From Camelus ferus (Eukaryota), in the NCBI RefSeq assembly GCF_009834535.1, contig NC_045697.1, forward strand, positions 21,578,001-21,642,000: 64,000 bases of DNA, written 5' to 3'. The notes beneath the pieces are model-generated. The model was not told the origin of the DNA and did not search any database. It saw nothing but the letters and a program-made list of their open reading frames with translations. How positions within the stretch are numbered: position 1 is the first letter of the stretch; every line of letters begins with the position of its first letter. Positions 63,384 to 64,000 of this stretch are shown here, in pieces. A program made the position numbers and the translations under genes.

Positions 63384-63980
63384 TGAAGGAGAAATAATAA
63401 AGTGGCCATATTTAGGCTAACAGATTGCTTATTCTTATGTGTGCCCTTAAAACGGCCAACAAACCTGACCGACAGGTTACTGCTCACAGCTCCAGGCCCC
63501 TTGTTGAAACTAAAGCTATTGATCTTACTGTTTCTACTTTATTCCAGTCATCAAAAGCTATAATCATGCTTGGCTTCTGAGTTGTTCTCCAGGAAGAAGG
63601 TCACAGAACTGCAACCCTACAAAATAGGCTGAATTATCATAAAGAATCACGCCGCAGGTGTTTGCAAGATGAAAGGATTAAAAAAGTGACAATTGCTAGT
63701 CTCTACAGAATTGGTCTTCTGGAGACACCATGACACGATTCTAAAACTTGTAACAAGAAAATGATTTTGCTGATTGTTATTGGTGTTTTATTGTTAAGCT
63801 ATGACTATGTAATCACCCTACCCCATCCCCAAGGTGGAGTCACAATTTTGAAGGCACTAGCCTGTTGTAGGTCCCCTTTGCCCAGCAAAGCAATAAAGCT
63901 GTCTCTTTTCTTCTAAGCTCCAAGACCCTGTCTCTGAGTTATCTGGTTTATCAGGGACAGAGGTCGATCTTTCAGCAACA
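63384..63980 (+). mobile_element. ERV1 solo LTR (597 bp, artiodactyl-type)
   Basis: TG...CA termini with perfect 4-bp TSD CATG (63380-63383 / 63981-63984); ggcactagcctg...cctttgcccagcaaagcaataaagct with poly(A) signal. Confidence 0.9.
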
Positions 63981-64000
63981 CATGTCATACCTAAGTTTGA

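Overview
AT-rich mammalian genomic DNA, most likely from a camelid. That inference rests on a tRNA-derived SINE resembling camelid Vic-1 at 5898-6047 and on two L1 3' ends of artiodactyl/camelid type. I recognise no protein-coding gene, RNA gene or CpG island. The supplied ORFs are chance frames or retroelement remnants; three match the C-terminus of L1 ORF2p. The window reads as intergenic DNA or a large intron filled with old eutherian repeats (L2, MIR, MLT1/MLT2, LTR16/LTR33/LTR41-like, MER20, MER33, MER58A, MER94, Tigger2a) and younger insertions (two ERV1 solo LTRs with 4-bp TSDs, truncated L1s, one SINE). The best leads are: (1) a MER41-like solo LTR with STAT motifs inserted directly beside an overlapping IRF/GAS site; (2) a 57-nt non-TE polyadenylated retro-insertion whose 3' TSD has grown an (AG)n microsatellite; (3) several perfect palindromes that look like template-switch products; (4) an old degenerate ~180-bp palindrome; (5) a few speculative exons and enhancer-like segments. 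I cannot support a claim of a novel biological system from sequence alone. Repeat family names come from recalled consensus similarity, and boundaries without a TSD are approximate.
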